Source: Fibrobacterales bacterium
GTDB lineage: Bacteria; Fibrobacterota; Fibrobacteria; Fibrobacterales; JAOPTW01
DNA length: 23,944 nt
Direction of reading: 5' to 3'
Assembly (NCBI GenBank): GCA_051532035.1
Contig: JAOPTW010000060.1
Coordinates: forward strand, 1-23,944
Shown here: positions 8,622 to 17,300 of the stretch, piece by piece
How the letters are laid out: the number at the start of each line of letters is the position of its first letter
Numbering within the stretch: the first letter of the stretch is position 1
Notes under the pieces: model-generated
Databases searched by the model: none
Seen by the model: only the letters and a program-made list of their open reading frames with translations
What the model was told of the DNA's origin: nothing
Translations under genes and position numbers: made by a program

Positions 8622-9386
8622 GTGAAAATTATTCTCATACTCCTCACACTCCTTGCAACAACCACGTCTGCCAAAGACACTCTTAAGTTAGCAACGATTG
8701 ATTACTGCCCTTTTAGCTGCAATGCACAAGGCCCCTTAGAAAACAAAGGGTTTCTTGTAGACATCATGTATGAGATTGCGCGCCAGTACGACACCCATCT
8801 TATCCTCGAAAATTTCCCTTTTAACCGCTACCTGACCATTGCAAAAAGCCCTGAATACGACGGCCTCATAATAATGGGGAAAGACCATGTTCCTGATCTT
8901 ATTTACCCAAAATACACCGCGGGCTCTCAAGGATTAATCTTTCTTAAACGTGCAAACTTCAAATGGGAGTATACCGGAATCCCAAGCCTCAAAAAGGTTA
9001 CTGTGGGTACTATAAAGAATTTCAAGTATTGCGATGATCTTGGTGACTACCTGGCTATACCCAAAAAAGGGAGCAACATAGAGCAACTCTTGGGCACCAA
9101 CTCTATCAATACCCATATTCAAAAACTCTCTATGAAACGCATTGACCTCTACATAGAAGGTGAGTTCATTATAAACTACGCCCTTTCTAATAGAAGTGAT
9201 GCAAGTAATTTCTCAACAGTTGATCCCAATAAGTGCCGCTACAACAATTATACCGCATTTAATCCGAATTTTAAGCAGGCCTCTATCTGGGCAGATCGCT
9301 ATTCAAAAGAGATTATGCGTATGAAAAAAGATGGGCGCCTTAGAGAGATAATGTCTGAGTATGGGTTGAAGCCAATACTGAGATAA
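8622..9386 (+). CDS. Periplasmic solute-binding protein (family 3 / polar amino-acid type), orphan
   Basis: GTG start with AAGGA SD. Signal peptide ending TTSA. Motifs LATIDYCPF, GFLVDIMYEI, PFNR, SLKKVTVGTIKNF, KLSMKRIDLYI, MKKDGRLREIMSEYG. Confidence 0.85.
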   Translation: MKIILILLTLLATTTSAKDTLKLATIDYCPFSCNAQGPLENKGFLVDIMYEIARQYDTHLILENFPFNRYLTIAKSPEYDGLIIMGKDHVPDLIYPKYTAGSQGLIFLKRANFKWEYTGIPSLKKVTVGTIKNFKYCDDLGDYLAIPKKGSNIEQLLGTNSINTHIQKLSMKRIDLYIEGEFIINYALSNRSDASNFSTVDPNKCRYNNYTAFNPNFKQASIWADRYSKEIMRMKKDGRLREIMSEYGLKPILR

Positions 9387-9434
9387 GCTTGGTATAGTCC
9401 CCCGAATAACTGTTGATGGTATAAGTAGAAGATT

Positions 9435-9660
9435 CTATGAAGAAATTTCACATCGCCTTGTGTAGACCTCTTCATATTTCAAGCCTCTCCAAAATCGTTC
9501 TATTATAACATTGTCGGCCCATCGTCCTTTACCATCCATGCTGATCAAAAAATTTCATATCCCCTAAAATACCCGTAAATTGAGTCGATGTATATTGAAA
9601 CCCTTGCTCAATATTTAAAACTTCTGGATGAGGGCAAAATAATAGCGATTCATTGTGCTG
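9435..9660 (-). pseudogene. IS3-family transposase (integrase core) relic, truncated and frameshifted
   Basis: One frame reads PHPEVLNIEQGFQYTSTQFTGIL. After a shift near the A6 run at 9547-9552 another frame reads ISMDGKGRWADNVIIERFWRGLKYEEVY. Together they match the IS3 core pattern PEIFNTDQGSQFTS...ISMDGKGR...DN...ER.WR.LKYEEVY. No terminal IRs found. Confidence 0.85.
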
Positions 9661-9741
9661 GAAAGTCACCATGACAATTTTTTCATAAAATCTAATTACA
9701 TAGTATAAAGTGATTAGAAGCACTGCCCCCCCCATCCACCC

Positions 9742-10926
9742 CTACTCCGAATACTCAAGAATAAGCCGCACCATAAGATCATTTAAATACTCAACCGTAT
9801 ACTCCCCAACAGTCGCCTCCAAATGATCACTCCCCAAACCACTATCATCGGTAATAAAGACATAAGTCCCATTAGTTGCAATAGCTAAATGACGCATTAA
9901 AAACTCTGTACTCTTATCGATACCACTTGCAACAATAGGCACAATCCGTACCCCCATCTTAACAGCCCGCTCAATTGCTGCATGGAGTTGCATACGAGTA
10001 GTAGGGTCACTATGAGGGGGCGCATCAAGTACCAAAAAGAGTATACGAGTCACCGCGCTCCCACTCCACCCTTGTTGTTCTAATGCCACGGCTAATGCCT
10101 CATCAACAGCCTCAGGAAAGTCACCACCCCCTCCCGCACTTTGATTCTGTATAAACGTTGTTACTTCAGAAGCATTGGTACTAAAGGGCGAAACCCGAGT
10201 AAGATACTCGTCCCCATGATCACGATAAAACACTGATCCAACATTAATGGTTGTATGGGCCTGGACCTTCGAAACCCGTTCAATCACATCTGCGAGTTCT
10301 TGTGTTAAATAAGAAATTTCATCAGACATTGACCCTGTTCCATCAACAACAAATTGTAAGTCAATCATTTGAGGTCTTATCGAAAGACCAGGGAGGATGA
10401 CTGTATTTGTCCCTTGGGCATACAGCATCACGGGGTCGACACCATACGTAAGATCATTATACACGACCCATATTGTACAGACCTCTTGAGCAAACGAACT
10501 CCCACGCCACAACTCTGCTCTGCCTTTATTATCAGACTGAGCATTCCAAACAAGTGAGTCCCCACAAAAGAGTTGCACCTTGGCCCCAATGACGAAAGCT
10601 TCAACAGAATCAAGCACCTCCACAGAGATACGGCCTCCCAGATCTAACCCCCACAAACTCTGCGCTTCAATATTTTCACGATTTTTCTCAAGATCCAACC
10701 ACTGATCCCACTCCACGAGGTCATTCCATTCAGCGGCAGTCATCGAACCACTGTAGTTATCTTGATCATTTTGAATTTGTATATCAGGCGTGGGCACCTC
10801 CGCCCCTCCCCCCATCTCACTGGTATCAGCAGTACCCACGGTCATAGTACTTTCTTCCGTACAAGCCACCAATAGCATTACAACGAACAGTACCGCTACG
10901 CTAGTTATACTCAATCTATACATCAT
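9742..10926 (-). CDS. von Willebrand factor A (VWA) domain lipoprotein
   Basis: GGAG SD before ATG 10926 (MMYRLS...). Lipobox LLVA-C. MIDAS-type DGTGSM, then YRD, GGGDFPEAV and LVLDAPPH. Confidence 0.88.
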   Translation of the reverse strand: MMYRLSITSVAVLFVVMLLVACTEESTMTVGTADTSEMGGGAEVPTPDIQIQNDQDNYSGSMTAAEWNDLVEWDQWLDLEKNRENIEAQSLWGLDLGGRISVEVLDSVEAFVIGAKVQLFCGDSLVWNAQSDNKGRAELWRGSSFAQEVCTIWVVYNDLTYGVDPVMLYAQGTNTVILPGLSIRPQMIDLQFVVDGTGSMSDEISYLTQELADVIERVSKVQAHTTINVGSVFYRDHGDEYLTRVSPFSTNASEVTTFIQNQSAGGGGDFPEAVDEALAVALEQQGWSGSAVTRILFLVLDAPPHSDPTTRMQLHAAIERAVKMGVRIVPIVASGIDKSTEFLMRHLAIATNGTYVFITDDSGLGSDHLEATVGEYTVEYLNDLMVRLILEYSE

Positions 10927-11075
10927 TACACACTCCATAATTAGCCATATAGAGGTATAACGACGAGAGATCTCGATACCGATACTTTTTATAACCTTTT
11001 TCTGAGATACAGCATCAAAAAGGGCACCTCTATTACCTAGAAGCGCCCTTTTACTCACTAAATGTTATGCCAATT

Positions 11076-11471
11076 CTAAGTTATTGATGCAACAATAGCT
11101 GAACGCCAGTTTCTAAAAATTTCACGGAGATTGTATGAACTAAGTAAGGAGATATCGGGTATATTTTGAGTCAGAACCTCTCTGAGATACTGATCATTGT
11201 CCTGTTCCAAGAAATAGGCCTTCTCTCGTTCTAAAAAGTGAAGAATACGCTCTTTTACCACCATTTTTTTCTGAATCATACTCTCGAGCTTCACTAATAC
11301 CGGAGCTGACTTCGTTTCAGCAACACTTTTCTGTGTCTTTGGCTCAAGTATTCTCATTGCCAATGTCTGAGATACATATCCCCGTTTATTTGGCTGTGGC
11401 TCCTGAGTCTGAACATCCATATCATAACTCGGCAGTATTCGTCTTTTTTCTTTACCCATTAATCGTCGCAT
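11076..11471 (-). CDS. Hypothetical protein
   Basis: 131-aa ORF with purine-rich upstream sequence (AGGGAACCGGGG) that fills the gap between genes. No motif recognised. Confidence 0.6.
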   Translation of the reverse strand: MRRLMGKEKRRILPSYDMDVQTQEPQPNKRGYVSQTLAMRILEPKTQKSVAETKSAPVLVKLESMIQKKMVVKERILHFLEREKAYFLEQDNDQYLREVLTQNIPDISLLSSYNLREIFRNWRSAIVASIT

Positions 11472-11682
11472 TACCCCGGTTCCCTACTATGAAGTTTTTT
11501 GATTAATCTCTCTAAGCGATTGATTTTAAAGCAATTAAAGCAATCACTACAAAAGAACATAACAATATTTTATCCATGTAAAGGTTTTTTTTACAATTAA
11601 TCAAATTTTCATCCTTCTCTCATACTTATTGAGATCCATATATCAGTACACGCCTCTCATTCACTTATTTCCACCCTTAGAT

Positions 11683-11750
11683 GTTTACAAAAGTTTACTC
11701 AGGGTTTCGGGTTTCTTTATCTAGGTTTATAGAGAGTTTATTGCTACAAT
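11683..11750 (+). promoter_or_regulatory. Candidate promoter for the second fibro-slime gene: GTTTAC direct repeat plus extended -10
   Basis: GTTTAC at 11683 and 11693 (10-bp period). TG-C-TACAAT at 11742-11750. Confidence 0.4.
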
Positions 11751-11821
11751 GGACTCACTATGCCTTGGGGGCATTGAATAGAGTACAAAAAATCTTTGTT
11801 GTACATTTTGAGGTATACTGC

Positions 11822-14515
11822 ATGAAAGTACATTATTGGTCAATACATATATTTTTGTTACTAAGCGTAGCATCAACACTTTTTGCTCAAAAAGAGCTCC
11901 ACCTTCACTCTCCCTGGGACAACGCAATTCCACAAATTGTTATAGAGGGTACCGCAACCCTTATGTCTCCCGACATTGACCACTGTGGCTGGTACACCTA
12001 TCAAGTCGACCAATCACAAGACCTAAAAGAATTCTATTTCACCAACAAATATGGTAAAAACTATGGAAATGCAGGGGATGACGACACCTCTTACATATCT
12101 CTTGAAACTATGATACAAGAGCACAATGACGTCTACCTTCACTTCCCCTCTACTACCCAACTCAATAGTAGCGCTACACGAATAAAAGTTAATAACTCGC
12201 CATCATGCTTAGTTGGCATTCTCCGTGGCGAAATATTTGATTGGAAAGAGCTGGATCTAGATTCAGCATTCCAACCCCCTGAATCGTGCACAGGACGAAT
12301 TGACGGTTTAATTGAAAATAAACTCATTGACAGCCTCCCTGTTCCAACAAAACTAGGACGCCAAAAGTGTATGAATAGTGTGAGCAAATGGTTCAAGCCC
12401 AATGCCAAGAAAGACAATACTCAGTGCGTAGACCTTGAACTGAACATCACTCCACAAGGCACGTTCCGTGTACAGTATGATAAACATTCTAAAAATGATG
12501 GTTTTTTTCCAATTGACAATTTTACCAACGACAACAATATGATAGGTAAACCCATTCTTGGTGACACTGACAATAGATACACCCACAACTATCACTACTG
12601 CATGAAAACATCTAACACATTTACCTACCAAACAGGACAGTCCTTTACCTTTATTGGTGATGATGATGTCTGGGTGTTTATTGATGATAGCCTCTTTCTT
12701 GACATTGGCGGGGTCCATGGCTCAGAGACAGAAACTAAAACCCTTGATGAGTTTCTCTCAAGAAAAGATGCTAATAATGATATAGTGTACTCTGAAGGTA
12801 ATGAACCAGGCACAACGCATCGATTTGACCTTTTTTATTGTGAACGAAATACAGTGGAATCAAACCTCACGATTGAAACCGACCTTGATTTTGACCAACC
12901 CATTCGCTATGGGCACCAATTTAAAACTCAACAAGATGGTGTTCTCTACACTATACAGAAAGGTGAATACAGCAGTTCAGGGTGTGATGCTGAGAGCGGC
13001 TCAATCACCAACATCTCTACATTTTATCTTAAAGAAGGGGAACCTGAAAGCGAAGATGACCCTACTGATTTTAAAGAACTCACCCCTGGTAAAACCTATC
13101 ACGGAGGTATAGAGATACGTGGAAACAAGCATCAAGTACTTATCAATGAAAAAGAGATGGAAGGTCTTCTTCCTGGCACCTACACCGTTTACTACCAAAC
13201 AACCGATGCAACTCGTAATGATTACGGATCATTTACCTTTTTTGTAACCAACAAAGAAGAGATTAAAAAAGGGCGTCCTCTTGAAGACCCTGAACGTGAA
13301 GGCGGCTACCACTCCTACCTCGATATGAATAGCGATGGAACCCTTGATAGGATTCAACTCTACTTTAAAGAGATCCCCACCCTCAATGCTCTTGACCAAC
13401 AAAACATAACCTTTCACTGGCCCCACAATGATGGAACCAACCTCGAATCATATGAGGGTAATTGGGGGCAAATCGAAGACAGTCACTATTTTTACTGGAA
13501 CATCCCAGAGCGCTATACTATTCGCGAATACACCACAAGCATCACCAAAGAACAATTTGCAACAGCAACGGTAGTAGTTGAAACAGATGACGGCGAAGAC
13601 TCAACCTATACATTCCCTATTACAGACCGCATGCCCCCGGTGCTTAAAGAAGCGGTACTGAAGAGTACTCCAGAGATTGACCGATTACTTATTACTCTGT
13701 CTGAACCCGTTGAAACCGAAGAGGGGGACCTCCTGAGGTCATATGAGGCACGAAGTCGCGATGAAGATGATTCATTTGAAACCGTACGAGCCGACTCTAC
13801 CTCCTTCAACTTTCTAGAATTTGGCGAGACAGAGCACCTTCTTATAATTGATGTCACAGACGAACACCCCGTTGAGCGTGGTGACTCACTCAGAATCCGA
13901 GACATTGACGACGGTATTTTTGACGCCGAAGGTAATCGCCCCGGTGATAGTACTCGTGCTATCCAGGTAAATTCAGAACTGATAACTACTCTCGGCACCA
14001 GTGACTATACCGTAGCAGATTGGGAAACGTTTGAAGACCCTGAAACGATGCTCAACCCAAAGGTGGACATTATCCCCATTGGCTCTCCACTCGACAGTAA
14101 TCGGGCAGGGCTACAAAAGATGCTCAATATGCATGATGTTCTCTATGATAGACTCGACAGTAAAGCAAAAGGCACCGTTCATCCCGAACGCTACTCATTC
14201 GTGATAACCATGCACACCTTCTCTGCCCTGGGCCAATACATTAATACCTCAGATACAATCATCCAATGCAACGACACTGATATTTTTGAAGGGGAAGTCT
14301 GCACCAGTATCAGGCCTGAAAACGGTGAAGCCATAGCGATTTACCCTCCCTACTTTTCGACCACAGGACGCCTACTAGGAAGCGGTATTTACATTGTTTC
14401 TTCAGAGAGTTACTATCAATACACCAAGGGTGAGCAGGGCGATGACGACTTTGAGATTATACGTACCGAAGTTACTTCGGAGCTTTTTAAATATGGGCTT
14501 ATTCGAAAAGAATAA
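11822..14515 (+). CDS. Large secreted fibro-slime domain protein
   Basis: GAGGT SD before ATG 11822. Signal peptide ending STLFA. Motifs GFFPID, HNYHYCM, FTFIGDDDVWVFIDDSLFLDIGGVH, LFYCERNT. Later segments DMNSDGTLD and PVLKEA...LSEPV. C-terminal FSALGQY...GRLLGSGIYIV. Confidence 0.9.
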   Translation: MKVHYWSIHIFLLLSVASTLFAQKELHLHSPWDNAIPQIVIEGTATLMSPDIDHCGWYTYQVDQSQDLKEFYFTNKYGKNYGNAGDDDTSYISLETMIQEHNDVYLHFPSTTQLNSSATRIKVNNSPSCLVGILRGEIFDWKELDLDSAFQPPESCTGRIDGLIENKLIDSLPVPTKLGRQKCMNSVSKWFKPNAKKDNTQCVDLELNITPQGTFRVQYDKHSKNDGFFPIDNFTNDNNMIGKPILGDTDNRYTHNYHYCMKTSNTFTYQTGQSFTFIGDDDVWVFIDDSLFLDIGGVHGSETETKTLDEFLSRKDANNDIVYSEGNEPGTTHRFDLFYCERNTVESNLTIETDLDFDQPIRYGHQFKTQQDGVLYTIQKGEYSSSGCDAESGSITNISTFYLKEGEPESEDDPTDFKELTPGKTYHGGIEIRGNKHQVLINEKEMEGLLPGTYTVYYQTTDATRNDYGSFTFFVTNKEEIKKGRPLEDPEREGGYHSYLDMNSDGTLDRIQLYFKEIPTLNALDQQNITFHWPHNDGTNLESYEGNWGQIEDSHYFYWNIPERYTIREYTTSITKEQFATATVVVETDDGEDSTYTFPITDRMPPVLKEAVLKSTPEIDRLLITLSEPVETEEGDLLRSYEARSRDEDDSFETVRADSTSFNFLEFGETEHLLIIDVTDEHPVERGDSLRIRDIDDGIFDAEGNRPGDSTRAIQVNSELITTLGTSDYTVADWETFEDPETMLNPKVDIIPIGSPLDSNRAGLQKMLNMHDVLYDRLDSKAKGTVHPERYSFVITMHTFSALGQYINTSDTIIQCNDTDIFEGEVCTSIRPENGEAIAIYPPYFSTTGRLLGSGIYIVSSESYYQYTKGEQGDDDFEIIRTEVTSELFKYGLIRKE

Positions 14516-14536
14516 GCCAAGGAGTGCTCCCCTACA

Positions 14537-16066
14537 CTATGGGAGCAGGGCACCTAATTCAGTTGACGGGTAGATCTCTTCGTAATTCATTACTGCCGTA
14601 GCACTCACCCGTCTATTAATATGATGGCGATGTAATTTTGTATGACCAGGTATACCAGCTGCCGAAATAAGATCATTAAAGCTCTCGAGAGTCAAGTGAT
14701 GAAATTGAGAAATACGCACTGATTTATCCGTAACGTTGAGGCCTTTCATGAGTGAAGGGTCTTGAGTGGCAACACCAACAGGACAACTATTCTTATTACA
14801 GTGGAGCGCTTGAATACACCCAATCGCCATCATCATACCACGAGCACTATTCACCATGTCGGCCCCAAGTGCCAATGCTCGTACAATATGGAAGCCACTG
14901 GTAATTTTACCAGTAGCAATTACTTTTATCTCTTTTTTCAGATCAAACCCAATTAAGGTATCACTCGCAAATGAAAGAGCATCACGAAGAGGCATACCTA
15001 AAGAGTTTGAGAACTCAACCGGTGCCGCTCCCGTCCCCCCTTCACCACCATCAATCGTGATAAAGTCTGGAGAGATTCCACTTGCAACCATCTCTGCGCA
15101 CAGTGCAATGAACTGTTCTTTTATACCGATACAGAGTTTAAATCCAACAGGTTTGCCCCCCGACAGCTCACGGAGTTGCTGTACAAAGGTTAATAGCTCT
15201 GCAGGATTCGAAAACATTGAGTGGGACGGTGGCGAATGCACCGTAACCCCTGGCTCTACGCCACGAATAGCCGCAATTTCGGGAGTATTTTTATTACCGG
15301 GCAAAATACCACCATGACCAGGCTTAGCCCCTTGAGATATTTTGATCTCAATCATTTTTACAGAATCACGCGTTGCATTTTTCTTAAATGCTTCTGGATA
15401 GAAATCACCCTCCTCGGTTCTACACCCAAAATACCCCGTACCAATTTGCCATACAAGATCACCACCGTGCTCCAGATGATGCGGTGAAATGGAACCTTCA
15501 CCCGTATTTTGAGAAAAGTTTCCAGCCTTTGCTCCTTTGTTAATGGCAAGTACCGCATTTTTACTCAAAGAACCATAGCTCATCGCTGACACATTGAGTA
15601 TACTTGAAGAATATGGTTTGGTACAGTGCCTCCCCCCAACCATAACCCTTAATAGGTTACTATGGGTTACGGACTGGTTGATATACATTGAGTGCGCCAA
15701 CCACTCATAGCCCACTCTATAGACATCCATCTGAGTACCAAAGGGGATAGTATCATTGGTTTTTTTTGCTCGTTGATAAATAAGATTTCGAAAGATACGA
15801 TTAAAAGGAGTACCTTCAGTGTCGGTCTCTACGAAGTACTGCATAATCTCGGGCCGTATCTTTTCTAAAAAATAACGTCCATGACCAATAACGGGGAAAT
15901 TCCGCTTAATAGCATGCTTCTTTTGCATCATATCTGTAGCCCCTAAGAGAACTACAGGCCCCACAACAACCAAGCTCCATACTGCGGGTTGCCACACGAC
16001 AGAAACCCCGGCTATTGCCCCCACGGTCACCAAAGAGGTTTTAACAAACACTTTACGCACACTCAT
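14537..16066 (-). CDS. FMN-binding glutamate synthase family protein (stand-alone, N-terminal membrane anchor)
   Basis: AAGGA SD. Motifs SAMSYGSLS, NTGEG, EIKISQGAKPGHGG, DGGEGGTGAAP, and CIQALHCNKNSCPVGVATQ (Cx5Cx4C Fe-S motif). No glutamine amidotransferase domain. Confidence 0.93.
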   Translation of the reverse strand: MSVRKVFVKTSLVTVGAIAGVSVVWQPAVWSLVVVGPVVLLGATDMMQKKHAIKRNFPVIGHGRYFLEKIRPEIMQYFVETDTEGTPFNRIFRNLIYQRAKKTNDTIPFGTQMDVYRVGYEWLAHSMYINQSVTHSNLLRVMVGGRHCTKPYSSSILNVSAMSYGSLSKNAVLAINKGAKAGNFSQNTGEGSISPHHLEHGGDLVWQIGTGYFGCRTEEGDFYPEAFKKNATRDSVKMIEIKISQGAKPGHGGILPGNKNTPEIAAIRGVEPGVTVHSPPSHSMFSNPAELLTFVQQLRELSGGKPVGFKLCIGIKEQFIALCAEMVASGISPDFITIDGGEGGTGAAPVEFSNSLGMPLRDALSFASDTLIGFDLKKEIKVIATGKITSGFHIVRALALGADMVNSARGMMMAIGCIQALHCNKNSCPVGVATQDPSLMKGLNVTDKSVRISQFHHLTLESFNDLISAAGIPGHTKLHRHHINRRVSATAVMNYEEIYPSTELGALLP

Positions 16067-16165
16067 ATACAGATCCTTAAGGAGCTTTCGCCCGATCTTA
16101 GCTTACTCTATAGATATATGTAACTATTTTTAAGGGGTACCAAGGGGCATTTTACAACTAATTGG

Positions 16166-16489
16166 CTAACACTTGGTGATAGTAGAGGCAAACTCTTGTA
16201 CAGTGGTAAAAATAGACTCGGGGAGTTCATAAATGTCGATACAATTGCGAGAAACTCCAAAAGATACTGCAAAGAGGAGATCATCGTTATTGTAGCTCTT
16301 CTCGATCTCAACAATCTGTTCTTCCGCTTCTGCAATAGCAATACGAGCTTCTTGGAGATTACACAGCTCTTCTTTCCAATCATCAAGATTCTCATAGAGA
16401 CGGTCAGAAATTTTCGTAATATCTTTCTGTAACCCTTCTTGAACCAAGGTTTTTATTTTTGCGCGTTCAGCAATAGATAATGTATCCAT
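16166..16489 (-). CDS. Small acidic helical hypothetical protein
   Basis: AGGAG SD before ATG 16489 (MDTLS...). 107 aa with amphipathic helical pattern. Confidence 0.7.
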   Translation of the reverse strand: MDTLSIAERAKIKTLVQEGLQKDITKISDRLYENLDDWKEELCNLQEARIAIAEAEEQIVEIEKSYNNDDLLFAVSFGVSRNCIDIYELPESIFTTVQEFASTITKC

Positions 16490-16596
16490 ACAGTGCTCCT
16501 TTCTACTCAATTCATCACCACACCTATACTTAAGTATAATAAGTGAAACTGATTTATAGGAAATTTTATGAAAGGTGCTGTTAAATTATCATCACA

Positions 16597-17151
16597 TTAG
16601 CTGCGGCTATTGAGCTCTTCAATAACTTTAATTCTACTCTGTTTCAGGACTCTCTTACTTTTTTTATCTGAAGACTGTTCTTCTTCACTCGCATAATAAT
16701 CAATAAGCCAATTGAGCTCATTTTCACCAAGCTCTTCAATATCACAATATTGGAGGTCGGAATCCAACACTACGGGAGCCTTTTCTTGCTTCTTTTTTGA
16801 TCCAGCATTTGATTTATCAATCGCCTCGAGGGTTGTTCTTCGAAAGCTATTAGAGTCAAGGGCAGACACTTTGCGAAAAGCCAAATACTCATCATAGATT
16901 GAATCATCGAGATAGACGAGTCCATTACCAGAATTATCACGATCCTGACCATCCTGTTGGGGCTCATAGACAGAGAACCCTTCACCAGTTTCAGCATCGA
17001 TATAACTACTGTAGGTACCCAACTCTTTTTTAAGGGTTCGGCCATCAAAATAGAGGCTTCGTCCCGACTTTGAAAAGGAGACTTTACAAATCCAAGCGGG
17101 TCCAACGTGGTCAGATCCTATATTGAGTTCAATATACTTAATGTCTTTCAA
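16597..17151 (-). CDS. Conserved hypothetical protein (YIEL...GPAWI..V.FSKSGR..YF family) with C-terminal helical extension
   Basis: TTG start with GAGGAGAGG SD. The N-terminus resembles a widespread uncharacterised family (recognised from memory only). Confidence 0.75.
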   Translation of the reverse strand: MKDIKYIELNIGSDHVGPAWICKVSFSKSGRSLYFDGRTLKKELGTYSSYIDAETGEGFSVYEPQQDGQDRDNSGNGLVYLDDSIYDEYLAFRKVSALDSNSFRRTTLEAIDKSNAGSKKKQEKAPVVLDSDLQYCDIEELGENELNWLIDYYASEEEQSSDKKSKRVLKQSRIKVIEELNSRS

Positions 17152-17300
17152 TGAAGCCTCTCCTCTAAATTATGGGTAACATACTCAACTATAGTCCATA
17201 CAGATAGAGCATAAACCACACAAATGACGGTCTTCTCCAAAAATGCAAAATTATTTGAGATCAAGGATAACTTTGTTTCACCCAATAATTTTATCCCTAT

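Noticed and set aside
9529..9735. 68-aa ORF as an independent gene
   Set aside because: Better explained as one frame of the IS3 relic.
11498..11509. TTTGATTAATCT repeated at 22075-22086 and partly inverted at 11596-11605
   Set aside because: An AT-rich 12-mer match is plausible by chance among AT-rich intergenic DNA, and distances to the starts differ.
11681..11821. Longer N-termini in the ORF track (also 4431, 6647, 8371, 11058, 16510, 18488)
   Set aside because: Downstream ATGs have SD-like sites and, for exported proteins, give canonical signal peptides.
14856..15487. Plus-strand ORFs within the glutamate-synthase-family gene (and similar antisense ORFs in GH97, PiT and CotH)
   Set aside because: Antisense to well-supported conserved genes, with no recognisable motifs.
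16108..16432. Alternative ORFs 16108..16395 (-) and 16196..16432 (+)
   Set aside because: They overlap the 16166..16489 gene, which has a clear AGGAG SD and a protein-like composition.
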